Assembly: GCA_022508525.1 (NCBI GenBank)
Contig: JAFLVA010000005.1
Location: 22,625 to 86,624, forward strand
DNA length: 64,000 nt
From: Erysipelotrichales bacterium
GTDB lineage: Bacteria > Bacillota_I > Bacilli_A > RFN20 > CAG-826
Direction: 5' to 3'
Below, in pieces: positions 36,518-47,160 of the stretch (positions are counted from its first letter, which is position 1; every line of letters begins with the position of its first letter). Position numbers and translations under genes: made by a program. The notes beneath the pieces were generated by a model. That model made no database searches, was not told the DNA's origin, and saw only the letters and a program-made list of their open reading frames with translations.

Positions 36518-37327
36518 TTAATTACAAAATGTAAATATCTCGTCAAAAGTAGTAGATTCAGTAACAATTAATTCATTATTATTTGTTAAGTCAAGTATTT
36601 TTGATTCATCAATGTCTGAAGCATACATTCGATATATTGCTATGCTTATATCTTCATTTGCAATAATTTCTATATATAGCTTGTTTTTATTAACTGAAGA
36701 AAAGTCACAATAATAGATGTAGCGATATTTACTTAGATCATCCAAAGTTCTAATAATATATGAAGTACTAGCAATTAAATATTTATTCATCACCTTTTTA
36801 AAGAAACTATAGTTAAACATGTTTGTTGTTATAAGTTGTTTTTTAGTGACTGCGCCATTTCTTATAAAATAGAATTCTGGTGTTGCAAATGAGAAGTGTT
36901 GATCAGAATCTGCGAAAAAATAATAATCGTTTGCATCTTTTATTTCAAGATAAAGGTCTCCTCGTTGCAAATCATTATAATTTGAATCGTTACCAATATC
37001 TAAACTATAGAATGTGTTTTTGGTTTCTAAAATATAGTGAATTAATAAAGGTCTAATTCTTTCGCAAGTTGCACAACTTAAATTATGAAAATAAAATGCG
37101 AATTCCTCTTTATTATCTAACATTGTTTTAAATTGCAAAGGAGTAATAGTAATGGAATAATCATCAATATTGAAATTAGAATAATCGACTTTGCTGTTAT
37201 ATACTTCATCAATATCTATTTGAGGTGTATATATTGCTGCAGGATCATGTGTAGGATTATTTGTATTGCAACCAAAGAGTATTAGAGAAGCAAATAAAAG
37301 CAAGACAGATTTTTTTAAAAATTTCAT
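36518..37327 (-). CDS. thioredoxin-fold lipoprotein (CxxC = CATC)
   Basis: Start moved to ATG 37327 (AAGGAAGTGA RBS). Lipobox ILFGC. FAFYFHNLSCATCERIRPLL plus a cis-Pro-like TPEFYFIRNG. Confidence 0.6.
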   Translation of the reverse strand: MKFLKKSVLLLFASLILFGCNTNNPTHDPAAIYTPQIDIDEVYNSKVDYSNFNIDDYSITITPLQFKTMLDNKEEFAFYFHNLSCATCERIRPLLIHYILETKNTFYSLDIGNDSNYNDLQRGDLYLEIKDANDYYFFADSDQHFSFATPEFYFIRNGAVTKKQLITTNMFNYSFFKKVMNKYLIASTSYIIRTLDDLSKYRYIYYCDFSSVNKNKLYIEIIANEDISIAIYRMYASDIDESKILDLTNNNELIVTESTTFDEIFTFCN

Positions 37328-37495
37328 ATTTGTCACTTCCTTTTATTTATTATAATCGCAATATTTATCTTTTAAAAGTTGTTATATGTTTTTTGCATAT
37401 TATGATTGCAATTTATTTAAGCATTTATCTTTTAATACAAAATTAATTTGTATTATAATAATTGTGTTTCTAAATTACTAATCAAGGAGAAAATT

Positions 37496-39289
37496 ATGAA
37501 AAAAGTTACTACTGATATTTACTATGTTGGTGTTAATGATCACCAAATTGATTTGTTTGAAGGACAATATATTGTACCAAATGGTATGGCATATAACTCC
37601 TATGTCATTATGGATGAAAGAATTACCATCATGGATAGTGTTGATATCAAGTTCACACATGAATGGTTAGACAATATTGAAGAGGTATTAGGTGATAAAG
37701 AGCCATATTATTTTGTTATTCAACATATGGAACCAGACCATTCCGCAAATATTGCCAAACTAGTCGAACGTTATCCAAACGTTATTTTAGTTGGAAATGT
37801 TAAAACGTTCCAAATGCTTGCAAATTTCTTTCCAAAAGCAGAATTTAAAAACAAGTTAGTGGTGGAGAATGGTGACAAGTTACCTCTTGGTGCACATGAG
37901 CTTACTTTCGTCTTTGCTCCGATGGTTCATTGGCCAGAAGTAATGGTTACTTATGATGATTTCTCTAAAGTTTTATTTTCAGCCGATGGATTTGGAAAGT
38001 TCGGCGCTTTAGATGTTGAAGAAGAATGGGCATGTGAAGCAAGAAGATATTATTTTGGTATTGTTGGAAAATACGGTATGCAAGTCCAAAAGTTATTGGA
38101 AGTGGCTTCTAAACTAGAAATTAAAACTATTTGTCCACTTCATGGACCAATCTTGAATGATAACCTTGGTTATTACATTAATTTATATAATATTTGGTCA
38201 AAGTATTTGCCAGAATCAGAAGGAATTGTAATTGCTTATACTTCTGTCTATGGTCATACAAAAGAAGCGGTATTAGAGCTTGAAAAGAAATTAAAAGCAA
38301 AAGGATGTCCAAAAGTAGTTTTAAATGACTTAGCAAGAGTTGATATGGCAGAAGCGTTAGAAGACGCTTTTAGATATGAAAAGATTATTTTTGCTACTAC
38401 AACATATAATTCGGAAATTTTCCCATTTATGTCAGATTTTCTTAATCGTTTAGTAGAGCATGGCTTCCAAAATAAAACTGTAGGCTTCATTGAAAATGGT
38501 ACTTGGGCTCCAAATGCAATAAGAGTTATGCAAAATAAATTGGCAAGTGCCAAAAATATTACTTATTTAAATAATCATGTAACTATTTTATCTAGTTTAA
38601 ATGATAAGAGTATGGATCAACTTGAATCAATGGCAGAAGAATTGTGTAAAGACTATACAGCTAAAGATGGAAAACTTGCAAACAAACAAGATTTATCTGC
38701 GCTATTTAAAATCGGATATGGTTTATATGTTGTAACAAGTAATGATGGCAGAAAAGACAACGGACTTATTGTAAATGCCGTTTTACAAGTAACAAATACT
38801 CCAAATAGAATTGCAGTAACAATTAATAAAGATAACTACTCACATCACATCATTAAGCAAACTGGCAAAATGAATGTTTGCTGTCTCTCTACTGATGCAC
38901 CATTCTCTGTTTTCCAACAATTTGGTTTCCAAAGTGGAAGAAATGTTGATAAATTTAAAAATCAAGATGTTTTAAGAAGTGATAATGGCTTGGTGTTCTT
39001 GCCAAAATATATTAATTCATTTATGTCGTTAAATGTCGAAGAATATATTGATTTAGGCACGCACGGGATGTTTATTTGTTCAGTAACTGAAGCAAGAGTA
39101 ATTTCAGATAAACCAACAATGACTTATACTTATTACTTTGATCATGTCAAACCTAAACCACAAGTAGAATCCAAAAAAGGATGGGTTTGTAAAATCTGTG
39201 GATTTGTTTATGAAGGAGAAGAATTACCAGAAGATTATGTATGCCCACTTTGTAAACATGGTGCTTCAGATTTTGAAAGAATAGAATAG
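37496..39289 (+). CDS. multidomain flavodiiron protein: metallo-beta-lactamase diiron core + flavodoxin + flavin-reductase-like + rubredoxin
   Basis: Start moved to ATG 37496 (AAGGAG RBS). HMEPDHS diiron motif, CPLHGP, YTSVYGHTKE. Flavin_Reduct-like GLYVVTSNDGRKDNGLIVNAV. Rubredoxin WVCKICG...CPLCKHG. Confidence 0.85.
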   Translation: MKKVTTDIYYVGVNDHQIDLFEGQYIVPNGMAYNSYVIMDERITIMDSVDIKFTHEWLDNIEEVLGDKEPYYFVIQHMEPDHSANIAKLVERYPNVILVGNVKTFQMLANFFPKAEFKNKLVVENGDKLPLGAHELTFVFAPMVHWPEVMVTYDDFSKVLFSADGFGKFGALDVEEEWACEARRYYFGIVGKYGMQVQKLLEVASKLEIKTICPLHGPILNDNLGYYINLYNIWSKYLPESEGIVIAYTSVYGHTKEAVLELEKKLKAKGCPKVVLNDLARVDMAEALEDAFRYEKIIFATTTYNSEIFPFMSDFLNRLVEHGFQNKTVGFIENGTWAPNAIRVMQNKLASAKNITYLNNHVTILSSLNDKSMDQLESMAEELCKDYTAKDGKLANKQDLSALFKIGYGLYVVTSNDGRKDNGLIVNAVLQVTNTPNRIAVTINKDNYSHHIIKQTGKMNVCCLSTDAPFSVFQQFGFQSGRNVDKFKNQDVLRSDNGLVFLPKYINSFMSLNVEEYIDLGTHGMFICSVTEARVISDKPTMTYTYYFDHVKPKPQVESKKGWVCKICGFVYEGEELPEDYVCPLCKHGASDFERIE

Positions 39290-39296
39290 ATTACTA

Positions 39297-39331
39297 AACA
39301 TCTAATGTAGCAATACAATTAGATGTTTTTT
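39297..39331 (+). terminator. rho-independent terminator
   Basis: AACATCTAAT...ATTAGATGTT followed by T5. Confidence 0.8.
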
Positions 39332-39391
39332 ATTAAAATGTGTGAATGAACGTAAAAATGTGCTAAACTACAAGCAGAAGGAGGTGTTTAT

Positions 39392-39925
39392 ATGAATATA
39401 TGGCACAACGTATCTCCTGAAAGAATTAAGCCAGAAAAGTTTGTGGCTTGTATTGAAATTCCTAAAGGAAGCAAAAATAAGTATGAATTAGATAAAGAAA
39501 CTGGGGCACTAAAGCTGGATAGAATTTTATTTACATCGACCCACTATCCACAAAACTATGGATTTATACCATTAACATATGCTGGTGATAATGATCCTTT
39601 AGATGTCTTAATTCTTTGCTCGGAATCTATTACTCCTTTAGCATTAGTAGAGTGCTATCCAATTGGAGTAGTAAAGATGATTGATAATGGCGAATATGAT
39701 GAAAAGATTATTGCAATTTGTGCACACGATCCTTTCTACAATATGTATAGAGACTTAAAAGACTTGCCACAACATATTTCAGAAGAAATCAAACATTTCT
39801 TTGCTGTTTATAAGACCTTAGAATACAAGGATACAATTGTAAATGAAATTGAAGGTAGACAAGAGGCCATTAGAGTAATTAAAAAATGTATTGAAAATTA
39901 TCAAACAAAATTCGGAGGAAAATAG
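39392..39925 (+). CDS. ppa: family I inorganic pyrophosphatase
   Basis: [30 protein letters not shown]. Confidence 0.9.
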   Translation: MNIWHNVSPERIKPEKFVACIEIPKGSKNKYELDKETGALKLDRILFTSTHYPQNYGFIPLTYAGDNDPLDVLILCSESITPLALVECYPIGVVKMIDNGEYDEKIIAICAHDPFYNMYRDLKDLPQHISEEIKHFFAVYKTLEYKDTIVNEIEGRQEAIRVIKKCIENYQTKFGGK

Positions 39926-39930
39926 AATTT

Positions 39931-40566
39931 ATGAAATTATTTATTGATACTGCAAATATAGAACATATTAGAATTGCATCAAAATGGGGTTGTATTGCAG
40001 GTGCAACAACTAATCCATCTTTAATTGCCAAAGAAGGAAGAAAATTAGAAGATGTCGTTAAAGAAATTACTACTTTAATTGATGGGCCAATTTCTGCTGA
40101 AGTAGAGGAAGCATCCGCAGATGAAATGGTTGCTCAAGCAAAAGAGTTAGCAAAAATTCATAAGAACATTGTCATTAAATTACCTATGACTATGGATGGT
40201 GTTGAGGCTTGCTCAAAATTAACAAAACTTGGTATCAAAACAAATGTAACCTTAGTCTTCTCTGTTCCACAAGCTATTATGGCATGTGAAGCTGGTGCAA
40301 CATATATTTCTCCATTTATGGGTAGAGTTGATGACGCCGGTGATTCTGGTGCTGAATTAATTGAAAAAATCATGGTAATGATTAATAATTATGGCTATGA
40401 AACAGAAGTAATTGCAGCTTCAATTCGTAATTTGGCACATGTTGAACAAGCAGCACTTGCTGGTGCAGATATTGCAACAATTCCATTTGCAGTTTTAGAA
40501 AAAATGGTTAAACATCCTTTAACTGATGCTGGATTAAAAATCTTTAGAGATGCAGCAAGCAAATAA
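39931..40566 (+). CDS. transaldolase-family protein (fructose-6-phosphate aldolase/TalC-type, about 210 aa)
   Basis: [26 protein letters not shown] (Schiff-base Lys context), SPFMGR. Confidence 0.85.
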   Translation: MKLFIDTANIEHIRIASKWGCIAGATTNPSLIAKEGRKLEDVVKEITTLIDGPISAEVEEASADEMVAQAKELAKIHKNIVIKLPMTMDGVEACSKLTKLGIKTNVTLVFSVPQAIMACEAGATYISPFMGRVDDAGDSGAELIEKIMVMINNYGYETEVIAASIRNLAHVEQAALAGADIATIPFAVLEKMVKHPLTDAGLKIFRDAASK

Positions 40567-40586
40567 TCAAAATACTAAAAGTAACG

Positions 40587-40619
40587 CTCTTTGCAGGCTG
40601 GTTTTGCAAAGAGTTTTTT
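40587..40619 (+). terminator. rho-independent terminator
   Basis: CTCTTTGCA...TGCAAAGAG followed by T6. Confidence 0.8.
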
Positions 40620-40646
40620 AATACAAAAGTGGTAGGAGATAAAAAT

Positions 40647-41309
40647 ATGAAAAAAAGGATAGGAATGTTAGTTTTGCTTTCAACACTATTGCTGACTTCT
40701 TGTAGGGATGATTCAGAATATGTTCAAAAGGATTGGCATATAAATACTATAGAACTAGCGAATGAATATTTTCCTAAATACTTTGAGTTTGTTGAAAACT
40801 CGTTGTTAGAAAATGATATTCAATTTGAAAAAGAATATTATGAACATGATAATAAAGAGTCTAACAAACGATGTACTGTTGTTTATAATATAACGGATTC
40901 AATCTTTTTCTCAGCGACCTTTTCATATAATTATAATGTAAACAATTATAGTTATATAGAATTGTATTTTTATAATAAATCTGCAACTAAAGAAGAAGCA
41001 TTAAATAATATTCCACAAAACTATATTAATGTAATGATAGATGTAAATGATTTTTGCGCTAATAATTTTTTAGGTACAGGTGAGGCGTATAATTCTTACT
41101 ATAATGAAGTAGTGGAAAAGCATAATAACAAAGATTTTTCATATGTATCAGAAGATTCCACTTGTTTTGTTGCTTATGTAAGTAACCGAATTAGTAATAG
41201 CGAATCTCTTCCATATAGAGACATACAAATAAGTGCTGAAAATGATATATATGAAATACGTTTTCGTTTAATAGATTATTTAACAGACATTAACATTTGG
41301 AACAAATAG
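40647..41309 (+). CDS. hypothetical lipoprotein
   Basis: Start moved to ATG 40647. MKKRIGMLVLLSTLLLTSC with lipobox LLTSC. Confidence 0.65.
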   Translation: MKKRIGMLVLLSTLLLTSCRDDSEYVQKDWHINTIELANEYFPKYFEFVENSLLENDIQFEKEYYEHDNKESNKRCTVVYNITDSIFFSATFSYNYNVNNYSYIELYFYNKSATKEEALNNIPQNYINVMIDVNDFCANNFLGTGEAYNSYYNEVVEKHNNKDFSYVSEDSTCFVAYVSNRISNSESLPYRDIQISAENDIYEIRFRLIDYLTDINIWNK

Positions 41310-41335
41310 CAACATAAAAGTGAATAAATTAAAAT

Positions 41336-41385
41336 ACCATTAAGAAATTTGTTGCATAAACAAATAAAATCTTAATGGTTTTTTA
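41336..41385. terminator. long hairpin terminator between convergent genes
   Basis: ACCATTAAGA...TCTTAATGGT with inner ATTTGTT/AACAAAT pairing, followed by T5. Confidence 0.7.
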
Positions 41386-41431
41386 TGTGTAAAAAACTTG
41401 ATGCTTTGTGTTTTAAAATGAATGATTTAAT

Positions 41432-42406
41432 TTATATATTTTTGAATGATAGTCTACATCCTTCAATTGCAGAAAGAAGAGGATCTGATGTTAAACGAAC
41501 AGCAACGTTTAATTCTTTTTCTAGTGTTTCACGTAATCCGCTAAGTAAGGCTACACCACCAGTAAGCGAAATACCATTTTCAACAATATCGCCAGCGAGT
41601 TCTGGTGGAGTTATAAATAAAATGTCTCGAACACAATCAATAATATCCTTAACAATTGGATTAATAACTTCGCTAATTGCCTGAGTAGTAATAATGACAG
41701 AATGTGGAAGAGAAGTTTCAATGCTTACTCCACTGACTTGAAGTAATCTGTTTTCGTGGTTTGTTCCAACAGATCCTATTTTCATTTTTATATATTCGGC
41801 ATTCTTTTCACCGATTTTAATATTATGATTGGCACGCATATAACGTATTATTGCTTCGTCAATTAATAAACCAGCATTTGGAATTGATTTTGAAACAACT
41901 ACGTTACCAACTGATAAAACGACAACATCAGTTGTGCCACCACCGATATCTACAATCATTGCACCTCTTGGTGAGTTTACATCAAGGTCAGAACCGATTG
42001 CAGCCATTTTGGCTTTGTTTTCAATTACTAATTTTGAAGCACCTAATCTCTTTCCAAGTTGTTTCAAAGCGTTTTCTTCAACAGGAGTTAATTCACTAGG
42101 AGCTGTAATAATAATTTTTGCTCTTTTTAAATACCTTTTATATTTATTTAGTCGAAAGACAGTTGAAATAAATTGAATAGTGGCATCTAAGTCTGCAACA
42201 ACACCATTTTTTAAAGGATGAATAATTTTTATTCCTTGTGGAGTACGTCCAATTAATTTGGCTGCTTCATAGCCTACAGCGTAGGTATGATTGTTAACTT
42301 CATTGACAGCAATGACAGTTGGTTCATTAAAAATGATACCCTTATGATTTATATAAATAATGGTATTGCATGTTCCTAAATCAATGGCAATATGCGGATT
42401 AAACAT
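41432..42406 (-). CDS. mreB: rod-shape-determining actin homolog MreB
   Basis: Start moved to ATG 42406. IDLGTCNT, DIGGGTTD, LTGGVALLSGL. Confidence 0.9.
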   Translation of the reverse strand: MFNPHIAIDLGTCNTIIYINHKGIIFNEPTVIAVNEVNNHTYAVGYEAAKLIGRTPQGIKIIHPLKNGVVADLDATIQFISTVFRLNKYKRYLKRAKIIITAPSELTPVEENALKQLGKRLGASKLVIENKAKMAAIGSDLDVNSPRGAMIVDIGGGTTDVVVLSVGNVVVSKSIPNAGLLIDEAIIRYMRANHNIKIGEKNAEYIKMKIGSVGTNHENRLLQVSGVSIETSLPHSVIITTQAISEVINPIVKDIIDCVRDILFITPPELAGDIVENGISLTGGVALLSGLRETLEKELNVAVRLTSDPLLSAIEGCRLSFKNI

Positions 42407-42562
42407 AACATCACCCCGGTAATAAAATAATAGCATATTTAATTTTATTTATAAATAAATTAGCAGTAGTTTTTTAATAGTTAAAAATTATTTAAAATTA
42501 TGATAATAAATTAATTTATTATGGTATAATAACAAAGTTAAAAATAATAAAGGAGTTTTAAA

Positions 42563-44713
42563 ATGGCAAAAAAGGTTTTCGAATTAGATTTCGAAGGTAA
42601 AAAACTGATCGTTGAAGCAGGCGAAATTGCTAAACAAGCAGATGGTGCTGTCTTAGTTCGCTTGAATGATACCGTAGTTTTATCCACAGCATGTGCTTCA
42701 GATGAAGCCAAAGATACTGATTTCTTTCCTTTAACTGTTGGTTATGAGGAAAAGCAATATGCAGTAGGAAAAATCCCAGGAAGTTTTTTAAGAAGAGAAG
42801 GTCGTCCTGGTGAACACGCAACATTAACTGCGCGTTTGATTGACCGCCCAATCCGTCCAATGTTCTCGGAAGGATTCCGTAATGAAGTTCAAGTAGTAAA
42901 CACAGTTATGTCTGTTGATTTGGATGCTACTCCAGAAATGACTGCTATGTTTGGTGCCTCACTTGCTTTATCTATTTCAGATATTCCATTTGATGGACCA
43001 ATTGCTGGTGTTTATGTTGGACGTGTCGATGGAAAATTAATCATTAACCCATCAGTAGAACAAAAAGAAAAAAGTGATATTAACTTAGCTGTTGCAGGTA
43101 CAAGTGAGGCTATTAACATGGTTGAAGCTGGTGCGGCAGAAGTTAGTGAAGAAGATATGCTTGATGCAATTATGTTTGGTCATGAAGCTATCAAAAAGTT
43201 ATGTGCTTTCCAAAAGAGCATTATTGCTGAAATTGGAAAAGAAAAGAGATCTGTTGATTTATATCACGTTGATGAGGCAATTGATAAAGATGTTCGTGCA
43301 CAAGCAGAAGATCGTCTTAAAAAATCTGTATCTATCGTTGATAAATTAGAAAGATATGCTGCAATTGATGCAATCAATAAAGAAGTTGACGACAAATATG
43401 AAGCAATGACTTATGAAAATGAAAAAGTCAAAGCTAAGACTATGATGCAAGTTCATGATGTCTTAGAAACTATTGTTTCAGAAGAAGTACGTCGTTTAAT
43501 TACCGAAGAAAAAGTAAGACCAGATGGACGTAAAGTTGATGAAATTCGCCCTCTTGACGCTCAAGTCGATTTATTGCCTCGTGTTCATGGCTCTGCTATG
43601 TTTACACGTGGACAAACTCAAGTCATCTCAGTTTGTACATTAGGTCCAAAAGCTGATGAACAAATTATTGATAACTTAACTGATGAAGATTCTAAACGCT
43701 GGATGCATCACTATAACTTCCCACCTTATTCAGTTGGTGAAGTTGGAAGAATGGGTTCTCCAGGAAGAAGAGAAATTGGTCATGGTGCATTAGGAGAAAG
43801 AGCATTATCCTATGTTATTCCAAGTGAAGATGAATTCCCATACACAATTCGTTGCGTTGCTGAAGTTGTTGAATCAAATGGTTCATCATCTCAAGCTTCA
43901 ATTTGTGCTTCAACTATGGCACTTATGGCTGCTGGTGTTCCAATTAAGGCTCCAGTTGCAGGTATTGCAATGGGCTTAATTTCTAGTGGACCACTAGATG
44001 AAAATCATCCATATACAATCTTAACTGATATTCAAGGTATGGAAGATCACTATGGCGATATGGACTTTAAAGTTGCTGGTACTGATGATGGTATTACTGC
44101 TTTACAAATGGATATTAAGATTAAAGGTATTACAAAAGATGTCTTACGTGAAGCATTAGCACAAGCTCATAAAGCACGTGCTCAAATTATGCAAGTAATT
44201 AAAGGCGCAATTAGTGAACCTCGTCCAGATGTTGGTAAGTATGCACCAAAATTAGATCAATTGAAGATTGATGTAGATAAGATCCGTGATGTTATTGGTA
44301 CAGGCGGAAAAGTCATCAATGATATTATTGCAAAATGCGACAATGTTAAAATTGATATTGAAGATGATGGACGTGTGGTAATTTATCATATGGACCGCGA
44401 AGCTATTAATAAAGCTAAGAAAATGATTGAAGATATCGTTCGTGAAGCTAAAGTTGGAGAAATCTACGATGGCACAGTAGTTCGAATTGAAAGTTTTGGT
44501 TGCTTTGTTAACTTGTTTGGTGATGTCGATGGCTTAGTTCACGTTTCAAAACTTGCTCATAAAAGAATTGAGCATCCAAAGGATGTTGTAAAAATTGGAC
44601 AAAAGCTAAAAGTTATCGTTACTGAAATTGACGAAAAAGGACGCATTAACTTATCTCATAAAGAGTTTGAACCAAAACCGGCTCCAGAAAAGAAAGAAGA
44701 ACCAAAAGAATAA
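42563..44713 (+). CDS. pnp: polyribonucleotide nucleotidyltransferase (PNPase)
   Basis: Two RNase PH domains ([15 protein letters not shown]), a KH domain, and S1 ([20 protein letters not shown]). 716 aa. Confidence 0.95.
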   Translation: MAKKVFELDFEGKKLIVEAGEIAKQADGAVLVRLNDTVVLSTACASDEAKDTDFFPLTVGYEEKQYAVGKIPGSFLRREGRPGEHATLTARLIDRPIRPMFSEGFRNEVQVVNTVMSVDLDATPEMTAMFGASLALSISDIPFDGPIAGVYVGRVDGKLIINPSVEQKEKSDINLAVAGTSEAINMVEAGAAEVSEEDMLDAIMFGHEAIKKLCAFQKSIIAEIGKEKRSVDLYHVDEAIDKDVRAQAEDRLKKSVSIVDKLERYAAIDAINKEVDDKYEAMTYENEKVKAKTMMQVHDVLETIVSEEVRRLITEEKVRPDGRKVDEIRPLDAQVDLLPRVHGSAMFTRGQTQVISVCTLGPKADEQIIDNLTDEDSKRWMHHYNFPPYSVGEVGRMGSPGRREIGHGALGERALSYVIPSEDEFPYTIRCVAEVVESNGSSSQASICASTMALMAAGVPIKAPVAGIAMGLISSGPLDENHPYTILTDIQGMEDHYGDMDFKVAGTDDGITALQMDIKIKGITKDVLREALAQAHKARAQIMQVIKGAISEPRPDVGKYAPKLDQLKIDVDKIRDVIGTGGKVINDIIAKCDNVKIDIEDDGRVVIYHMDREAINKAKKMIEDIVREAKVGEIYDGTVVRIESFGCFVNLFGDVDGLVHVSKLAHKRIEHPKDVVKIGQKLKVIVTEIDEKGRINLSHKEFEPKPAPEKKEEPKE

Positions 44714-44720
44714 AATTTAT

Positions 44721-44752
44721 AATGACTGGTATGAAAATATCAGTCATTTTTC
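44721..44752 (+). terminator. rho-independent terminator of pnp
   Basis: AATGACTG...CAGTCATT followed by TTTTC. Confidence 0.75.
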
Positions 44753-44798
44753 TTTCACTATTTTAGGCGTTTATCATATGTTATATTGAGGTGGACAT

Positions 44799-45638
44799 AT
44801 GAAAAAAGAACTAATCGGAGCGATGGTAACACCATTTGATGACTCAGATAAAATAGATTATTTAGAAGTGAAAAAATTATTAGATATATATAAGAATGAA
44901 CATGATGCAATTGTAGTTGCTGGTACAACTGGTGAAGAATCTTCACTTAGTATTAAAGAAAAAACAGAACTAGTAAATTTTGTAATTAATAATACTAATT
45001 TAAAAATTATTGTTGGAGTTGTAGAAAACAACACTCAAAGAGCAGTCGAACAAATTGAAAAGTTAAATTCGCTTCCAATCTATGCAGTTTTAGTAGCACT
45101 ACCTTACTATAACAAACCACCACAAAGAGGAATTTTTCTACATTTTAAAAAACTCTTACAAGTAAGCAAACACCCACTCATTATTTATAACGTTCCTAGT
45201 AGGTGTGGCGTATCAATTGATTATCAAACTATTAAAAAATTATTGCATTTAAATAATAAATTAATTGGCATTAAAGAATGCAGTGGAGATTTTAATCTTA
45301 TTCGGCTATTAAAGAAAAATTATCCTGATTTTAAAGTTTATTACGGAAATGATAAGGATTTTTATAAAGCACTTACTGCTGGTGCTGATGGAATTATCTC
45401 TGTTTCTTCTGTGCTTTATGGAAAAGATTATTTGCAGTTAATGAATGATTATGATGAAGGATTTAAAAATGAATTGCTGATTGATTATTTAAATCTAATT
45501 GGAAATCTAATAGCTTTTGAAACTAATCCTATACCAATTAAGTATTTATTATCAAAACATGGTTTTAAAAGCATGAATTTAAGACTTCCTCTAGTTAAAC
45601 TAACTTTAGAAGGAGAAAGGACATTAGATATTATTTAG
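44799..45638 (+). CDS. dapA: 4-hydroxy-tetrahydrodipicolinate synthase family (DapA-like)
   Basis: AGTTGEESSLS, PYYNKP, IIYNVPSRCG, Schiff-base Lys in IGIKECSGD. Confidence 0.75.
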   Translation: MKKELIGAMVTPFDDSDKIDYLEVKKLLDIYKNEHDAIVVAGTTGEESSLSIKEKTELVNFVINNTNLKIIVGVVENNTQRAVEQIEKLNSLPIYAVLVALPYYNKPPQRGIFLHFKKLLQVSKHPLIIYNVPSRCGVSIDYQTIKKLLHLNNKLIGIKECSGDFNLIRLLKKNYPDFKVYYGNDKDFYKALTAGADGIISVSSVLYGKDYLQLMNDYDEGFKNELLIDYLNLIGNLIAFETNPIPIKYLLSKHGFKSMNLRLPLVKLTLEGERTLDII

Positions 45639-45663
45639 AGCCTTTTAAAAAAGGCTCTTTTTC
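45638..45663 (+). terminator. rho-independent terminator
   Basis: GAGCCTTTT-aa-AAAAGGCTC followed by T5. Confidence 0.8.
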
Positions 45664-45720
45664 GTTGATTTAAAGCGTTTTAATTGCTAAAATAAAAAGT
45701 GAAAACGAGGAGATAATATC

Positions 45721-47160
45721 ATGTACGATATAATTGTTATTGGTGCTGGAGTAATTGGATCGTTTATTGCGCGTGAATTAGCGAAATATGATTTGAATAT
45801 TTTGGTTTTGGAAAAAGAAAATGATGTTGGAAATGTAACATCTATGGCTAACTCTGCGATAGTGCATTCAGGATATGATCCTGTTCCTGGTACTTTAAAA
45901 GCAAAATTCAATGTTTTAGGTAATAAACTTTATGAACAAACTTGTGAAGAACTAGATGTTAAATTTTATAAAACAGGTTCAATGACAGTAGCAACTGTTG
46001 AAGAACATTTGAAAGTTTTAAAAGATTTAGAAACTCGTGCTCATGAAAATGGTGTAGAAGTAAAATTGCTTACTGAACGTGAAGCAAAGGAATTGGCACC
46101 ACACTTAAATGATTCAGTCATTGGTGCTTTATTTTGTCCAACAGCAGGAATTGTTGATCCATTTAATTTAGTTGTTCATGCTATGGAAAACGCTATTGAT
46201 AATGGAGTTAATTTAAAACTTAATGAAGAAGTAGTGGAAATATCTAAAACTTCAAATGGATATAATGTAGTTACGAAAAACGCAAAATATGAGGGAAAGA
46301 TTATAATTAATGCTACTGGAATAAATGGCGATAAGATTTCTGATATGGTAACGCCTCATCACTTTGATATAACTGCAAGAAAAGGCGAATACTATGTCTT
46401 AGATCATTTTGATGATAATTTCTTATCTATGCCTATTTTCCCTTTACCTAGTGAAAAAGGAAAAGGAATATTAATGACACCTACTTCAAGTCATAATTAC
46501 CTGGTTGGTCCATCTTCGGAGTTCGTAGATGAAAAAGATGATTTATCAACAGATGCTTTGACTTTGAAACAAGTTAAAGAACAAGCATCATTAATTATGA
46601 AAGATATTCCGTTTAATATGACGATTCGCACATTTGCGGGAAATCGTCCAACACCATCTACACATGATTTTGTGATTGAAAAAGTAGATGATCATTTTAT
46701 TAACGCTGTTGGCATTGAGTCTCCAGGCCTTGTTAGTGCCCCAGCAATTGGAAAATATATTGCCGATGAGATGATAAATGGATTAATTGAGTTGAAACGC
46801 AAAGAAAATTATAATCCATGTGTTAAAAAATATGTTCATATGAAGATGCTCTCAGTCGAGGAAAGACAAAAGAAAATTAAAGAAAATCCTAAATATGGGC
46901 ACATTGTTTGTAAATGTGAAGGTGTTTCTGAACAAGAAATTTTAGATGTTATGGAAAGAAGCTGTCCGCCTCATTCTATAAAAGCTATAAAGAAAAGAGT
47001 GCGAGCAGGATTTGGAAGATGCCAAGGTGGCATGTGCCAACCATTAGTGGCAAAAATATTTGCAAAGCACTCAAATATCAAATTGTCTGATGTAATTTAC
47101 GATGAACCAAGTACAAATATTGCTAAATATCAAACGAAAGCAGGTGACACGAATGAATAG
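45721..47160 (+). CDS. FAD-dependent oxidoreductase, GlpA/GlpD-like, with a C-terminal BFD-like [2Fe-2S] domain
   Basis: IIVIGAGVIGS dinucleotide fold. CKCEGVSEQEIL...GFGRCQGGMCQ. Confidence 0.8.
   Translation: MYDIIVIGAGVIGSFIARELAKYDLNILVLEKENDVGNVTSMANSAIVHSGYDPVPGTLKAKFNVLGNKLYEQTCEELDVKFYKTGSMTVATVEEHLKVLKDLETRAHENGVEVKLLTEREAKELAPHLNDSVIGALFCPTAGIVDPFNLVVHAMENAIDNGVNLKLNEEVVEISKTSNGYNVVTKNAKYEGKIIINATGINGDKISDMVTPHHFDITARKGEYYVLDHFDDNFLSMPIFPLPSEKGKGILMTPTSSHNYLVGPSSEFVDEKDDLSTDALTLKQVKEQASLIMKDIPFNMTIRTFAGNRPTPSTHDFVIEKVDDHFINAVGIESPGLVSAPAIGKYIADEMINGLIELKRKENYNPCVKKYVHMKMLSVEERQKKIKENPKYGHIVCKCEGVSEQEILDVMERSCPPHSIKAIKKRVRAGFGRCQGGMCQPLVAKIFAKHSNIKLSDVIYDEPSTNIAKYQTKAGDTNE

Noticed and set aside
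44714-44798. A lysine (L-box) riboswitch upstream of dapA.
   Set aside because: The 85-nt gap is filled by the pnp terminator and the RBS. It is too short and lacks L-box conserved helices.
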